Assembly (NCBI GenBank): GCA_013334825.1
Contig: JAAXWR010000001.1
Coordinates: 75,769-139,768, forward strand
DNA: 64,000 nucleotides
DNA from: Candidatus Yonathbacteria bacterium
GTDB taxonomy: Bacteria > Patescibacteriota > Minisyncoccia > Phycocordibacterales > JACNGX01
Direction: 5' to 3'
The notes under the pieces were generated by a model. That model made no database searches and was not told the DNA's origin. It saw only the letters and a list, made by a program, of their open reading frames with translations. Below are positions 1 to 10,864 of this stretch, piece after piece (position 1 is the first letter of the stretch; the number at the start of each line of letters is the position of its first letter). Position numbers and translations under genes: made by a program.

Positions 1-1470
<1,470 letters not shown>

Positions 1471-1620
1471 GACGCCCGTTTCGCGGATAGCGAAACTGAT
1501 GTCGGTCCTATCTTTTTTGATAGAGAAGTGTTTGTCTCGGAGCTTTGAATTGAGACAGCAGTAGCGTGCGCTACAAACAACGAACGAGACAAAAGAAAGA
1601 GCGTTTTCATACGAAAAGAA

Positions 1621-1647
1621 AAACGCCTATTAGGCGTTTTTCTTTTG
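1621..1647 (+). terminator. Rho-independent terminator after 16S (AAACGCC-TATTA-GGCGTTT + T-run); a second GC hairpin follows at 1657-1681
   Basis: Perfect 7-bp stem followed by TTTTTCTTTTG. Confidence 0.7.
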
Positions 1648-1833
1648 CCCAAAAAAGCGCGCCGACACGCTGTCGGCGCGCCAAATTCTAAATTCTAAAT
1701 CCGAAATCCTAAACAAATAAGAAGCGCAAGAGCAAACCGCGTGCTTCGCCGGAGAAGGAAAGCATTGACATATTATATATCTATAGTAGTATTTTTTTAG
1801 ATTGTAAATCAATATAAACTAAAAGTATCAGCA

Positions 1834-2412
1834 ATGAAACAAGAAACCAGGGATTCTTTAAGGGATATCGTAAGGAGATTTGCGGTAAGTGAAATCTTTG
1901 AGAATAAGATATCAATTTCAACGCCAACGATGTTTGTCGTTGATGGCGTATGGGGAAAGTGGGATTCGCAAAAGCTCGTTGCACGCATAAAAGACAGGAT
2001 CACGCATTCCATGGTACAAAAACTTCTTGGAGTGAAAGATTCGGAACTTAATAACGTTGATGGAGAATTGCGCAATCTCCTCAAGGGTCTTATCGAGAGA
2101 AAGATGAAGTACCATATTTTGGTCTACGAGAATCTCACCATCGTCACAGCCTATATGGATTTTCTTGTTGAGATTACAGCCGAGCATGGTGCTGATATGA
2201 AGAAACTGTTAAGTCGCCTGAAGCCCTCTATGGTTGATGACATGGTTACGAAGCTATTATCTGTCGAACCTCTGCCGGCACTTCTCTCGGGGGTTTACGG
2301 ACATGAGATGGATGCTCCGTATGAGTATCCTTCGGTTCTAACAACGCGCAAGCAGATATTGGCAAATGCTATAGAAATGCAAAAAATGCTTGTGACACTT
2401 GAAGCTATTTGA
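1834..2412 (+). CDS. hypothetical protein (192 aa)
   Basis: Clean ORF, no recognisable motif. Confidence 0.5.
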   Translation: MKQETRDSLRDIVRRFAVSEIFENKISISTPTMFVVDGVWGKWDSQKLVARIKDRITHSMVQKLLGVKDSELNNVDGELRNLLKGLIERKMKYHILVYENLTIVTAYMDFLVEITAEHGADMKKLLSRLKPSMVDDMVTKLLSVEPLPALLSGVYGHEMDAPYEYPSVLTTRKQILANAIEMQKMLVTLEAI

Positions 2413-2475
2413 TGAATACACGCTCCTCTTCGAGGAGCGTTTTATATATCTAATGTCTCGTGATACAATGTCTCC

Positions 2476-3069
2476 ATGACAAAAGCTATATTGTTTGACC
2501 TGGATGGTCTTGTGATTATCGGACAGGGAAAATTGTTCAGCGATCGCGTTTCGGAAGAAATGCATATTCCGTCGGAGTCGATATCCGAATTCTTTACCAA
2601 AGATTTCCGAGAGTGTTCTTTCGGGAGGTCTGATTTGAAAGAGAATATTGCACCCTATCTTGTCGCTTGGGGATATAAAGGAACGGTTGATGATTTTTTA
2701 AGATACTGGTTTGAAGGGGAGAGTCATACAGATGAAGAGGTTTTATCATTGGTAAATACGCTACGTTCTCGCGGAATTGAATGCTATATCGCGACACGTC
2801 AAGAAAAGTACAGAAAAGAATATTTGATGAATGTTGTGGGGTTGAAAGACAAGTTTGATGGTATATTCGCAACATGTGATATCGGATACGATAAATGGGA
2901 GGAAGGATATTGGAAATATGTTTTTGATAAGTTGAATATGATCCCGGAGGAAATTATGTTCTTTTGTGATAGTGAGAAGAATGTTGAGAACGCAAAGACA
3001 TTTGGTGTCGAAGCATACTTCTACACAGATATAAATCTTTTAAAAGAAAAGATTGCACATCTTTTGTAA
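2476..3069 (+). CDS. HAD-superfamily hydrolase
   Basis: N-terminal ILFDLDGLVI (HAD motif I DxDG); -10-like TACAAT 6 nt upstream of the ATG. Confidence 0.75.
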   Translation: MTKAILFDLDGLVIIGQGKLFSDRVSEEMHIPSESISEFFTKDFRECSFGRSDLKENIAPYLVAWGYKGTVDDFLRYWFEGESHTDEEVLSLVNTLRSRGIECYIATRQEKYRKEYLMNVVGLKDKFDGIFATCDIGYDKWEEGYWKYVFDKLNMIPEEIMFFCDSEKNVENAKTFGVEAYFYTDINLLKEKIAHLL

Positions 3070-3449
3070 TAGTGCACACGTCCAGTCGTCTGTTTTTGGT
3101 CTACACTGTGGGATGTTTTTGTTTTGAATGTGTGTCACTTGAACATTTGAATTTGTTTAGGATTTAGAGCTTCATGCTTCGGATTTCGCCCGTTTGGGTT
3201 TTGTTGCCTATTGGGGTTATTTTTGCTATAGTTTTCTTCGGTTCGCCGAAGCGAATGAGATTCGCGAAGGCGACCCTTGATGCGCTTTCAGTACGCCGAA
3301 GCCTTGGCGGAGGCGACCTGCCTTCGCTAAAGCTTCGGCGAGGTGAAGCCCGCCTTCGTCCGCAAGCGGACTTCGGCGAGGTGAAACAGTCCTGATATGT
3401 TCCATATAAATACGTCACTCGGACGTTATAAGAATGAATACGACCAATA

Positions 3450-3486
3450 GTGCGCTTCGTGCGCGTTTATCAGGCAGGTTAGAGCG
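3450..3486 (+). pseudogene. truncated copy of the tRNA-Ile(GAU) 5' half (acceptor through anticodon loop), ends in the CCTGAT|ATGTTCCATATA junction
   Basis: GCGCGTTTATCAGGCAGGTTAGAGCGCAGTCCTGAT matches the 5' half of the intact tRNA at 3562; part of a ~100-nt tandem duplicated unit (3397-3561). Confidence 0.7.
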
Positions 3487-3561
3487 CAGTCCTGATATGT
3501 TCCATATATGCACTGCACTCGGATGATATACAAATGAGTACAATCAAATAGTGTCCCGTGT

Positions 3562-3635
3562 GCGCGTTTAGCTCAGGTGGTTAGAGCGCAGTCCTGATAA
3601 GACTGAGGTCCCAGGTTCGAGTCCTGGAACGCGCA
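3562..3635 (+). tRNA. tRNA-Ile (anticodon GAU)
   Basis: Acceptor GCGCGTT/AACGCGC, D-arm TAGCTCAGGTGGTTAGAGC, anticodon loop CTGATAA, T-arm CCAGGTTCGAGTCCTGG. No encoded CCA. Flanked by a perfect 17-bp inverted repeat (3529-3545 / 3648-3664). Confidence 0.9.
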
Positions 3636-3689
3636 CACGGAACAGTATTGTACTCATTTGTATGACATCCTCGTTTGTGCATATAAGAC

Positions 3690-3960
3690 AGAGGTCCCAT
3701 GTTCCTGCCATGAACCCTACGTGGTTCATGGCGAGTCCTGGAACGCGCACGAAGCGCAGTACGTATTCATTCTTATGCCGTCCTCGCTAGTATTTATAAG
3801 ACTGAGGTCCCAGGTTTTTACCATGAACCCTACGTGGTTCATGGCGAGTTCTGGAACGCGCACGAAGCGCAGTACGTATTCATTCTTATGCCGTCCTCGC
3901 TAGTATTTATAAGACTGAGGTCCCAGGTTCCTGCCGTGAACCACGTAGGGTTCATCGCGA
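3690..3960 (+). repeat. ~2.5 tandem ~114-nt units, each a copy of the tRNA-Ile 3' half with a 29-nt palindrome (CCATGAACCCTACGTGGTTCATGG) inserted in the T-loop
   Basis: ATAAGACTGAGGTCCCAGGTT-[palindrome]-GAGTCCTGGAACGCGCAC repeated at 3690-3800 and 3805-3915, with a partial third copy. Confidence 0.8.
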
Positions 3961-4046
3961 GCCCCGGAGTTTGTGTGTGTGAAAAAAGATATGTTTCTGC
4001 AATATTGAGCCTGAGGATATTTGATTATAAATGAGCCCCACTAATT

Positions 4047-6875
4047 ATGGAATTACTGTCCTTGGTAAAAATAGGAATTCATAAATTGCCGATAAATATA
4101 TCCGGGTGGTTTAAACGTGAAAATTCTCCTGTAGATAAAAGACACATTGAGACAACTGTAAATGTTGGGAGTGTTACCCAACACATACAACAAAATATAC
4201 TAATTGCTTCCAACAATACACTCCCAGACCTTTTACAAAAAGGTACTGATTCTTTGGCTCAACTTCGTCAACCCTCAGCCGTGTTACCTAATAGTTTAAG
4301 TGAGACTATTGTAATCGAAACAACAAAAGAAGATAAAACAGTAATTAATAAAAGACTTGATGAAGTTGTGGCGCTTATGAATCTCAACAGAATTGATGAA
4401 GCTCTTCCATTACTTTTAACAATTCTGGCGGAAATAAAAAATAAATCAACATACATCAAAGAACAAACAAGAACATACAATAATCTTGGAGTAATTTATA
4501 ATCAACCAAAACCATCAAGTGATTACGACAAAGCAATTGAGTATTTCAATTTAGCTTTAGAAAAAGACCCGTCATTCACAAAATCCAAAGTAAATCTTAT
4601 ATCAGCTTATCTTAATAAGGATACAACAGAATCAATTGAAAGGGCCCATGATATGGCTAGGGCTTTGTGGTCTGTAGAAAAAACAGGAGATGTTTTGCAA
4701 GTTTTGCTTTGGGGTATTTATAAAAAATCTAACACAGAAGAAGTTTTTAAGTTTCTTCATGAAGAAAAATCTACCACAAGTGATTTAATAGAAAATAAAA
4801 GTGGTTTACTTAATATGGTGTCCGCTTTCTATCTTGAAGCTGGAAAATTTGAAGAAGGTTTTGTTTGTGCAGATAAAGCTGTTACTTTGTCTCCAGATGA
4901 ACCAGAATTTTTAACCATGAAAGCTAAAGCATCAATGGTAAAAGTTCAACAAAATGAAATCCCTTCAGAATTTGATGTCGTGCCACGTTTGAGTGACTAT
5001 AAAGGAATAAGTACGGCCTTGGATTTATTTTATCAGGCAGAAAAAATGGCCGAGATGCAACAAAAAACATATCTTCTACCTGAAATACGATATGGAATAA
5101 GTATGGGATTGATATGGCTTGGCAAATATGATGAATCAAAGTATAAATTAAAACAATTAAGAGCAGTACCTGATTTATCTGAACCTTTAGAGCATCAAAT
5201 CAATGTCTTAGATTTCGCAACACATTTGCATAATCGTGATTTTGAAACTGCTTATAATACACTCATTACAAGCTCCACCTATTCAAAAATAAGCTACCAA
5301 GAGAAACGCAGGATCTCAAGAGTATTTCTGCTTAACGGCGCACCCGAACAAGCAAAAAACTTATTAGATGAATTAGCAGTAGAAGCAGAGCAGAAAAAAG
5401 ATGTTTACTATTGGTTTGATTTAAGCACAGCATCAGTCCTTCTTGGAAATCACCAAGAGGCTATTAGTTCTGCGAGTAAGGTAAAAGAACTTACAAAGGG
5501 GGCTGAAGAAGAGTTACGAAAAACAGCACTCTCTCATTTTAATGCAGTTAACTATCATTACAGCAAGCCAGATAATGGAGAAAATAGTGAGACAGACAGA
5601 ATGGTTCAAGGAATGATGGATTTTCAAAATGAATTTCCAGCTGAAAAAATAATGACGCCCATTCAAGCAATAGATGAAAGTGGACAGTTAACAAATGAAA
5701 TAAAAGATATGTTGACCTCATTTAAAGATCGCTATGAAAACATTAGAGAAGTATTTAAGACCACTCCAACCCCAGTATATTTTCTTGAAAAAACATTTCA
5801 TAGGTCTTTTGCGCATGAAATAACTTTTAGAAATGATCCAGAATTTACTATTGAATTTAATGCTGTTGACCCAGCCACTTTTGATGAATTAAAAAATAAC
5901 TTTGGGCAAGCTGAGTCTTTTGTTTTTGATTATCTCTCATTGCTTGATTTAGCAAAAATGGACTTCTTGGGTTTTTTGGATAAATTGAATAAACCTATTT
6001 TTATACACGAAGAACTTTTTCAAAAAATTCAATTGGAATTACTTCAAAATGAAATTGATGAATTGCGCACCCTGTGGAATTTCCTAAGAAAAAGTAAAAC
6101 TGTACATTTCATTCATGGAGACACAGAAGCGGATATTAAATTAGAGAGAATTGATGACGTGTTTGATAAATGGTTGGTTCAAAGTATTAAGTATGCTAAA
6201 TCTAAAAAAGCTACATTTGTAACTAATGATTTTAGAATGTATATTTCCTTGAAATTTGAAGAAATAACCCCTTTGAATATAATGCCGATTCTTAATTTTT
6301 GGCTTGAAGGAAAATTCATTGATGAAAAGATGTATTCTAGGGCAATTGGTGACCTGGCTGAAAGATTTTATATTTTTATTCCGTACAGCAGTGACCAGCT
6401 TTTCGAAATCGTTTTAGAAGATAAGGGGAAAATAACGTTGAGAAGTTATCATTTAGTGCAAGAAATCTTCCTACCCGGATCAAATGTTCAGAGTTTCGCA
6501 AGAGTTTTTGCCGGTTTTATCAATTTATTTTGGAAAACAGGTTCATTATCTGAAGACAAAATAAACTGGGTCAAGTTTCTTACAAACGTAATTGTCGAAA
6601 CTATTGACAACCGTTTCTCAATAGTAAAAGGCAGTATCAACAAAGTCGATTATGATATTTTATGTAAAGATTTAGAGCCCATTGTCATAAATCTCGGTGT
6701 TATTTGGAATATGGCAATTCAGAATGGAACGAGAGATGATCTAATTGCATTAAGGGGTATAGTTGATGAGGCCTTGAATAAAGAATATCTTGTTAGATCA
6801 AAAGATATTTTTCATGAAAAAATCAAAAAATCCATAGAGGGCCTTACTTTAAAGAAGGAATTAGTAGAGAATTAG
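4047..6875 (+). CDS. large hypothetical protein (942 aa) with N-terminal TPR-like repeats; markedly AT-rich versus its neighbours
   Basis: TPR-like NNLGVIYNQ...AIEYFNLALEKDP; compositional shift; sits directly downstream of the tRNA-Ile repeat scar. Confidence 0.6.
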   Translation: MELLSLVKIGIHKLPINISGWFKRENSPVDKRHIETTVNVGSVTQHIQQNILIASNNTLPDLLQKGTDSLAQLRQPSAVLPNSLSETIVIETTKEDKTVINKRLDEVVALMNLNRIDEALPLLLTILAEIKNKSTYIKEQTRTYNNLGVIYNQPKPSSDYDKAIEYFNLALEKDPSFTKSKVNLISAYLNKDTTESIERAHDMARALWSVEKTGDVLQVLLWGIYKKSNTEEVFKFLHEEKSTTSDLIENKSGLLNMVSAFYLEAGKFEEGFVCADKAVTLSPDEPEFLTMKAKASMVKVQQNEIPSEFDVVPRLSDYKGISTALDLFYQAEKMAEMQQKTYLLPEIRYGISMGLIWLGKYDESKYKLKQLRAVPDLSEPLEHQINVLDFATHLHNRDFETAYNTLITSSTYSKISYQEKRRISRVFLLNGAPEQAKNLLDELAVEAEQKKDVYYWFDLSTASVLLGNHQEAISSASKVKELTKGAEEELRKTALSHFNAVNYHYSKPDNGENSETDRMVQGMMDFQNEFPAEKIMTPIQAIDESGQLTNEIKDMLTSFKDRYENIREVFKTTPTPVYFLEKTFHRSFAHEITFRNDPEFTIEFNAVDPATFDELKNNFGQAESFVFDYLSLLDLAKMDFLGFLDKLNKPIFIHEELFQKIQLELLQNEIDELRTLWNFLRKSKTVHFIHGDTEADIKLERIDDVFDKWLVQSIKYAKSKKATFVTNDFRMYISLKFEEITPLNIMPILNFWLEGKFIDEKMYSRAIGDLAERFYIFIPYSSDQLFEIVLEDKGKITLRSYHLVQEIFLPGSNVQSFARVFAGFINLFWKTGSLSEDKINWVKFLTNVIVETIDNRFSIVKGSINKVDYDILCKDLEPIVINLGVIWNMAIQNGTRDDLIALRGIVDEALNKEYLVRSKDIFHEKIKKSIEGLTLKKELVEN

Positions 6876-6968
6876 CAAAAAAGATACAAAATATAAAATC
6901 TACAAGAAAAGTATAGGAGTCGTATGTAATTAATCATTGAAATCAACCAGCTTTCTTCGTGTAGAAAA

Positions 6969-7379
6969 ATGTTATACTACCCTCATATGAACAAAGTCAC
7001 ACATTTTGAATTTCCTTGGGATGACAAGGAACGGGCTCGCGCCTTTTATCAGAACGTTTTTGACTGGAAGCCGTTTGACTGGGAACAGTTCGGCTACACC
7101 AGTTGGCAGACCGGACCGATTGACGAAAAGATGCAACCGACGGAGCCGGGCTTTATCAATGGAGGATCAAGCAAACGTGATCCGGAGATGCCGCACCCGA
7201 TGTTCTACGTTGATGTGGACGACATCGACGCGGCACTCGCCAAAATCACCGTAAACGGTGGCGCAGTCGTGCGTCCCAAAACCCCGCTCGGCGAGAACGG
7301 CGCGATGGGCTTCCTCGCGTGGTTCAAAGATTCCGAAGGCAACATCCTCGGACTCTCCCAGTACAAGAAGGGGGAGTAG
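6969..7379 (+). CDS. VOC (glyoxalase/bleomycin-resistance/PhnB-like) family protein; GC-rich relative to surroundings
   Basis: THFEFPWDD...RARAFYQNVFDW N-terminus typical of the VOC family. Confidence 0.6.
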   Translation: MLYYPHMNKVTHFEFPWDDKERARAFYQNVFDWKPFDWEQFGYTSWQTGPIDEKMQPTEPGFINGGSSKRDPEMPHPMFYVDVDDIDAALAKITVNGGAVVRPKTPLGENGAMGFLAWFKDSEGNILGLSQYKKGE

Positions 7380-7554
7380 AACTATACTCTCAGACGTATT
7401 CTTTCAGAATACAATACAAACACCTTGCGTTAACTCGTGGGGTATTTGTGGAGATAAGACAACTATTTTCTAACCGTTGACACACTACAAGACGAGTGAT
7501 ATTCTCCAATTCGGAAGTACGAACAAACAATATCAATGAATAAATCAGATAATC

Positions 7555-7911
7555 ATGTTACAGCAATCCGATGTACGGGAAGTCTCTCAGGAGATTATCG
7601 AACGTCTCCGTGAAGCCAGCGGTTTTGACGCAGATCATCCTGAAAAAAAAGAAGGGGAAGTGTTTTTGATGAATTCCCCTGACAAGGTCAATCCTGAAAC
7701 GGGACGTACGTTTTTTGAAGACATCCCCTATACGACAAAACGCAAGGGCATATGCGCATACGACAGGGACGGCATCCCGTACGGTTCCTTATTGTTCTAT
7801 GAAAAATATAACAAATTCTCCGGAGTAGGACATTTCCCTGTCTTTGTCGAGGAGTGGGAAATCGGGGATAAATTGTTTGCCGCCATGAAAGCGTTGGGTA
7901 TCGCTTTTTGA
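7555..7911 (+). CDS. hypothetical protein (118 aa)
   Basis: ORF only. Confidence 0.4.
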   Translation: MLQQSDVREVSQEIIERLREASGFDADHPEKKEGEVFLMNSPDKVNPETGRTFFEDIPYTTKRKGICAYDRDGIPYGSLLFYEKYNKFSGVGHFPVFVEEWEIGDKLFAAMKALGIAF

Positions 7912-8073
7912 TGCGTACCAGTATTGTCATTGTTTTTAAGCGCACGCTTCCCAGTCGTGCGCTTTTTATTGTGAAAATGAAATGCTCTGGCGCGCAAAGC
8001 CCATCCGATGTACCATATACGTATGGATTGCCGTGTATACGGTACCATTACCATTCATCTCTAAGACATATAC

Positions 8074-8521
8074 TATGAGTGAAGTTGAAATGAAAAATGA
8101 AGAAACTTCGTCCGCTCCCACGCCTGCGGTGGCGGAAAAGCCGAAGGCGGTCGTCTCTATGCCAACCGATTGGTCGTGGGGAGGGTTTATGTTTGGACCT
8201 GCATACCTCATTGCAGTGAAGAAGTATCAATATCTTTTGGGATACCTGCTTATGCTCATTCCCATTATTAACTTTGTTGCAATGATTGGTATTGCGATTT
8301 ATCTGGGAATCAAAGGACACACACTTGTTGTCGAGAGCCCGATGTTTGCAAACAATGACGAACGTGCGGGATTTAATCGTGCGATTGATCACGCGGGACG
8401 AATCATGTTCTTTGTTTCGCTCGCATGTGCAGTGATTGCGCTTATTTTCGCAAGTCTTTTTGTGGGGCTTATGGTTTCTCTGTTTGGTGGTCCACAGTTT
8501 GGTGGAATGCCCATGCGTTAA
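8074..8521 (+). CDS. membrane protein, DUF2628-like
   Basis: WSWGGFMFGPAYLIAVKKY motif plus TM helices; start taken at internal MSEVEM. Confidence 0.5.
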
Positions 8522-8548
8522 TCCTTTGGATAGTATTTGCAAAACATC

Positions 8549-8578
8549 CCCTCGACAGGGGATGTTTTGTAACATAAT
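8549..8578 (+). terminator. Rho-independent terminator (AAAACATCCCCTCGACAGGGGATGTTTTG)
   Basis: Perfect hairpin with T-run. Confidence 0.75.
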
Positions 8579-8850
8579 GGGCGCTTTCTTTTTTGGGGGA
8601 TGTAGTGATATACTAGATATATTATGAATTCTTTCGCATCCGTCATTTCTTTTCTCGTTATGGTTGGTTTTTTGCTTGCCATTCTTACTGGTCATGTACC
8701 GGGGTTTTTTGAAAAAAAGCCTAAGACGCGGAAGTCCACGTCCGGCCAAGAGAAAAACGAAAAATAAAAATGACGGACGAGGAGATTAGGAGATTAAGCA
8801 TGAGGAGATTAATGAGTAAAAACAAAATCGGCCTCTTGCGAGGCCGAGTG

Positions 8851-9429
8851 TTATTCGTATAGCGGGTGGGTGTTTATCCCGCCTACAACAAGTATGTTAC
8901 TTGTTGGGAGACTAGTATTAATGGGGACAAGTTTGAGTCCGACACCTCCGAGTGGAAGCGCCGGAACAACAAATATTGTTGACCCAAGATCGGATGGAGG
9001 AAGAGGAAGAGGTTTTGTTTTAAAAACAATGTATTTTTTTCTCTCCGTATATGTCTTAACTCTGGAAATCTCATTGGCGTACCGGAGAATAAACTCCATG
9101 GGCAAATAACTGCCGAATTTTGAAACGCGTAACACATCTCCTAGCTCGATTTTTGGCGCATATATTCCTTCTGTTGCATCAAGCACACGTAACGTTGTGC
9201 TGATGGACGATAGGAGTGGTTGGAAGCACATCCCGTTTAATACGGAAAAAAAATTGTCCAAAAGATACCCTCGATCATAGCAACGTACCGCTTCTTTGAG
9301 AAGCGTGTCCATTGAATAATACGGGTGCACCACGAGAGGGGCGCTCCCTGAAAGAATATCGGATGTTTTTGTTTTTGGCATTGTTCGTGTTTTTGTTGTG
9401 TATAGAAACTGCAAAGAAACTGCCACCAC
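8851..9429 (-). CDS. hypothetical protein (192 aa)
   Basis: ORF followed on the minus strand by a hairpin (8829-8850) plus T-run. Confidence 0.4.
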   Translation of the reverse strand: MVAVSLQFLYTTKTRTMPKTKTSDILSGSAPLVVHPYYSMDTLLKEAVRCYDRGYLLDNFFSVLNGMCFQPLLSSISTTLRVLDATEGIYAPKIELGDVLRVSKFGSYLPMEFILRYANEISRVKTYTERKKYIVFKTKPLPLPPSDLGSTIFVVPALPLGGVGLKLVPINTSLPTSNILVVGGINTHPLYE

Positions 9430-9499
9430 ATTACCACATATTCATAAGAATGCAAGGGGTGGGGGAGGGGCATGCTTTTGTGGTATACTTTTCTTCATT

Positions 9500-10861
9500 A
9501 TGACGTCAAAAGAATTGCATACATTCTTTTCAGGAAAGAAGATTACCGTTCTTGGTCTGGGTGTTCTTGGTCGAGGGAGCGCGGTAACAAGTTTTCTCGC
9601 GCGACATGGCGCAATCCTTACGGTCACTGATCTCAAAACGAAAGAAGAATTGAAAGCATCGTTGTCCATACTCGCCAAATATCCGAAAATTCGTTATGTG
9701 CTCGGTGAACATCGTATGGAGGATATGACGAGCGCTGACATGGTGATGCGGAGTCCTGATGTGCGATACGATTCGCCGTATGTACTCGCGGCAAAAGATG
9801 CTGATGTTCCCGTGGAGATGGATGCGTCGCTTTTTATGAAACTGATGCCCGAGGGTGTTCGTGTGGTTGGGGTGACAGGTACGCGCGGTAAGTCAACGGT
9901 AACGTATGCGATTGCACATATTTTGGAGCAAGCAAAGAGTTTCAAGGGCGCTGTGTATTTGGGTGGTAATGTGCGTCATGGCGCGACACTCCCACTTCTT
10001 GCCAAGGTAAAAGCAGGAGATGTGGTGGTACTCGAACTCGATTCATGGCAACTCCAAGGATTTGGTGAAGTAAAACGCTCCCCACATATTGCTGTGTTTA
10101 CCAATCTCATGCGCGACCATATGAATTATTATCGGGGGGATATGAAACGATACGCTATCGACAAGTCGCATATCTATCGATGGCAAAAAAAAGATGACAC
10201 GCTTATTATGAGTCCGCAAGCAAAGGAAGCAGTGAAGACGTATCGATTACCCAAGCCGAAAGGCGATGTTCGCACAGGGAGGGCGCTTTTTCTCTCGATG
10301 TCCACGCGTCTTCCAGGGGCGCACAATCGCCTGAACATGGGTATGGCTGCGGAAGCGTGTCGTGCGCTCGGTGTTCTAGAAAAAGATATTGTGCGTGGTG
10401 TTGCGTCATTCCCCGGTATTGAGGGACGTCTCCAATTTCTCCGCTCGATTCGTGGTGTGTCGTGGTATAACGACAACAATGCGACATGTCCAGACGCCAC
10501 TCTTGTCGCGCTTGATGTCTTTAAAAAAGAAAAGAAGCCAGTGGTCTTGATTGCCGGTGGTGCGGATAAGGATATGGATTTTTCTGGGTTTATCAAAACA
10601 GTGCCAATGTCCGTGAAAGCGCTTATTCTTTTTCCGGGGAGCGCTACGGATGTGATTCTCGCAGGACTTCGCCATACAAAACATGTGCCACCCGTTGCTT
10701 TGGCAGAAAACATGAAAGAAGCAGTGCGTCTTGCACGAGACATTGCGGTGCGTGGTGATGTGGTACTTTTATCTCCCGGGGCAGCGAGTTTTGGTGTGTT
10801 TAAAAATGCATACGAACGCAATGACATGTTTGTTGCCTCGGTAAAACGTTTACGAGCATAG
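9500..10861 (+). CDS. murD: UDP-N-acetylmuramoylalanine--D-glutamate ligase
   Basis: MTSKELH...KITVLGLGVLGRG, P-loop GVTGTRGKST, Mur ligase C-terminal domain. Confidence 0.88.
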   Translation: MTSKELHTFFSGKKITVLGLGVLGRGSAVTSFLARHGAILTVTDLKTKEELKASLSILAKYPKIRYVLGEHRMEDMTSADMVMRSPDVRYDSPYVLAAKDADVPVEMDASLFMKLMPEGVRVVGVTGTRGKSTVTYAIAHILEQAKSFKGAVYLGGNVRHGATLPLLAKVKAGDVVVLELDSWQLQGFGEVKRSPHIAVFTNLMRDHMNYYRGDMKRYAIDKSHIYRWQKKDDTLIMSPQAKEAVKTYRLPKPKGDVRTGRALFLSMSTRLPGAHNRLNMGMAAEACRALGVLEKDIVRGVASFPGIEGRLQFLRSIRGVSWYNDNNATCPDATLVALDVFKKEKKPVVLIAGGADKDMDFSGFIKTVPMSVKALILFPGSATDVILAGLRHTKHVPPVALAENMKEAVRLARDIAVRGDVVLLSPGAASFGVFKNAYERNDMFVASVKRLRA

Positions 10862-10864
10862 TGT

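Noticed and set aside
1834-3069. Possibility that the 192-aa and HAD ORFs are encoded by a 16S intron
   Set aside because: Two terminators separate them from the rRNA. Neither protein resembles LAGLIDADG or other homing endonucleases, and no 3' exon (CACCTCCTT) is found downstream.
3100-3400. CRISPR array, considered for the tandem repeats at 3164-3400, 3690-3960, 16316-16400 and 46027-46400
   Set aside because: The repeats are irregular in length, lack unique spacers of constant size, and are derived from tRNA segments or hairpin units. No cas genes are present.
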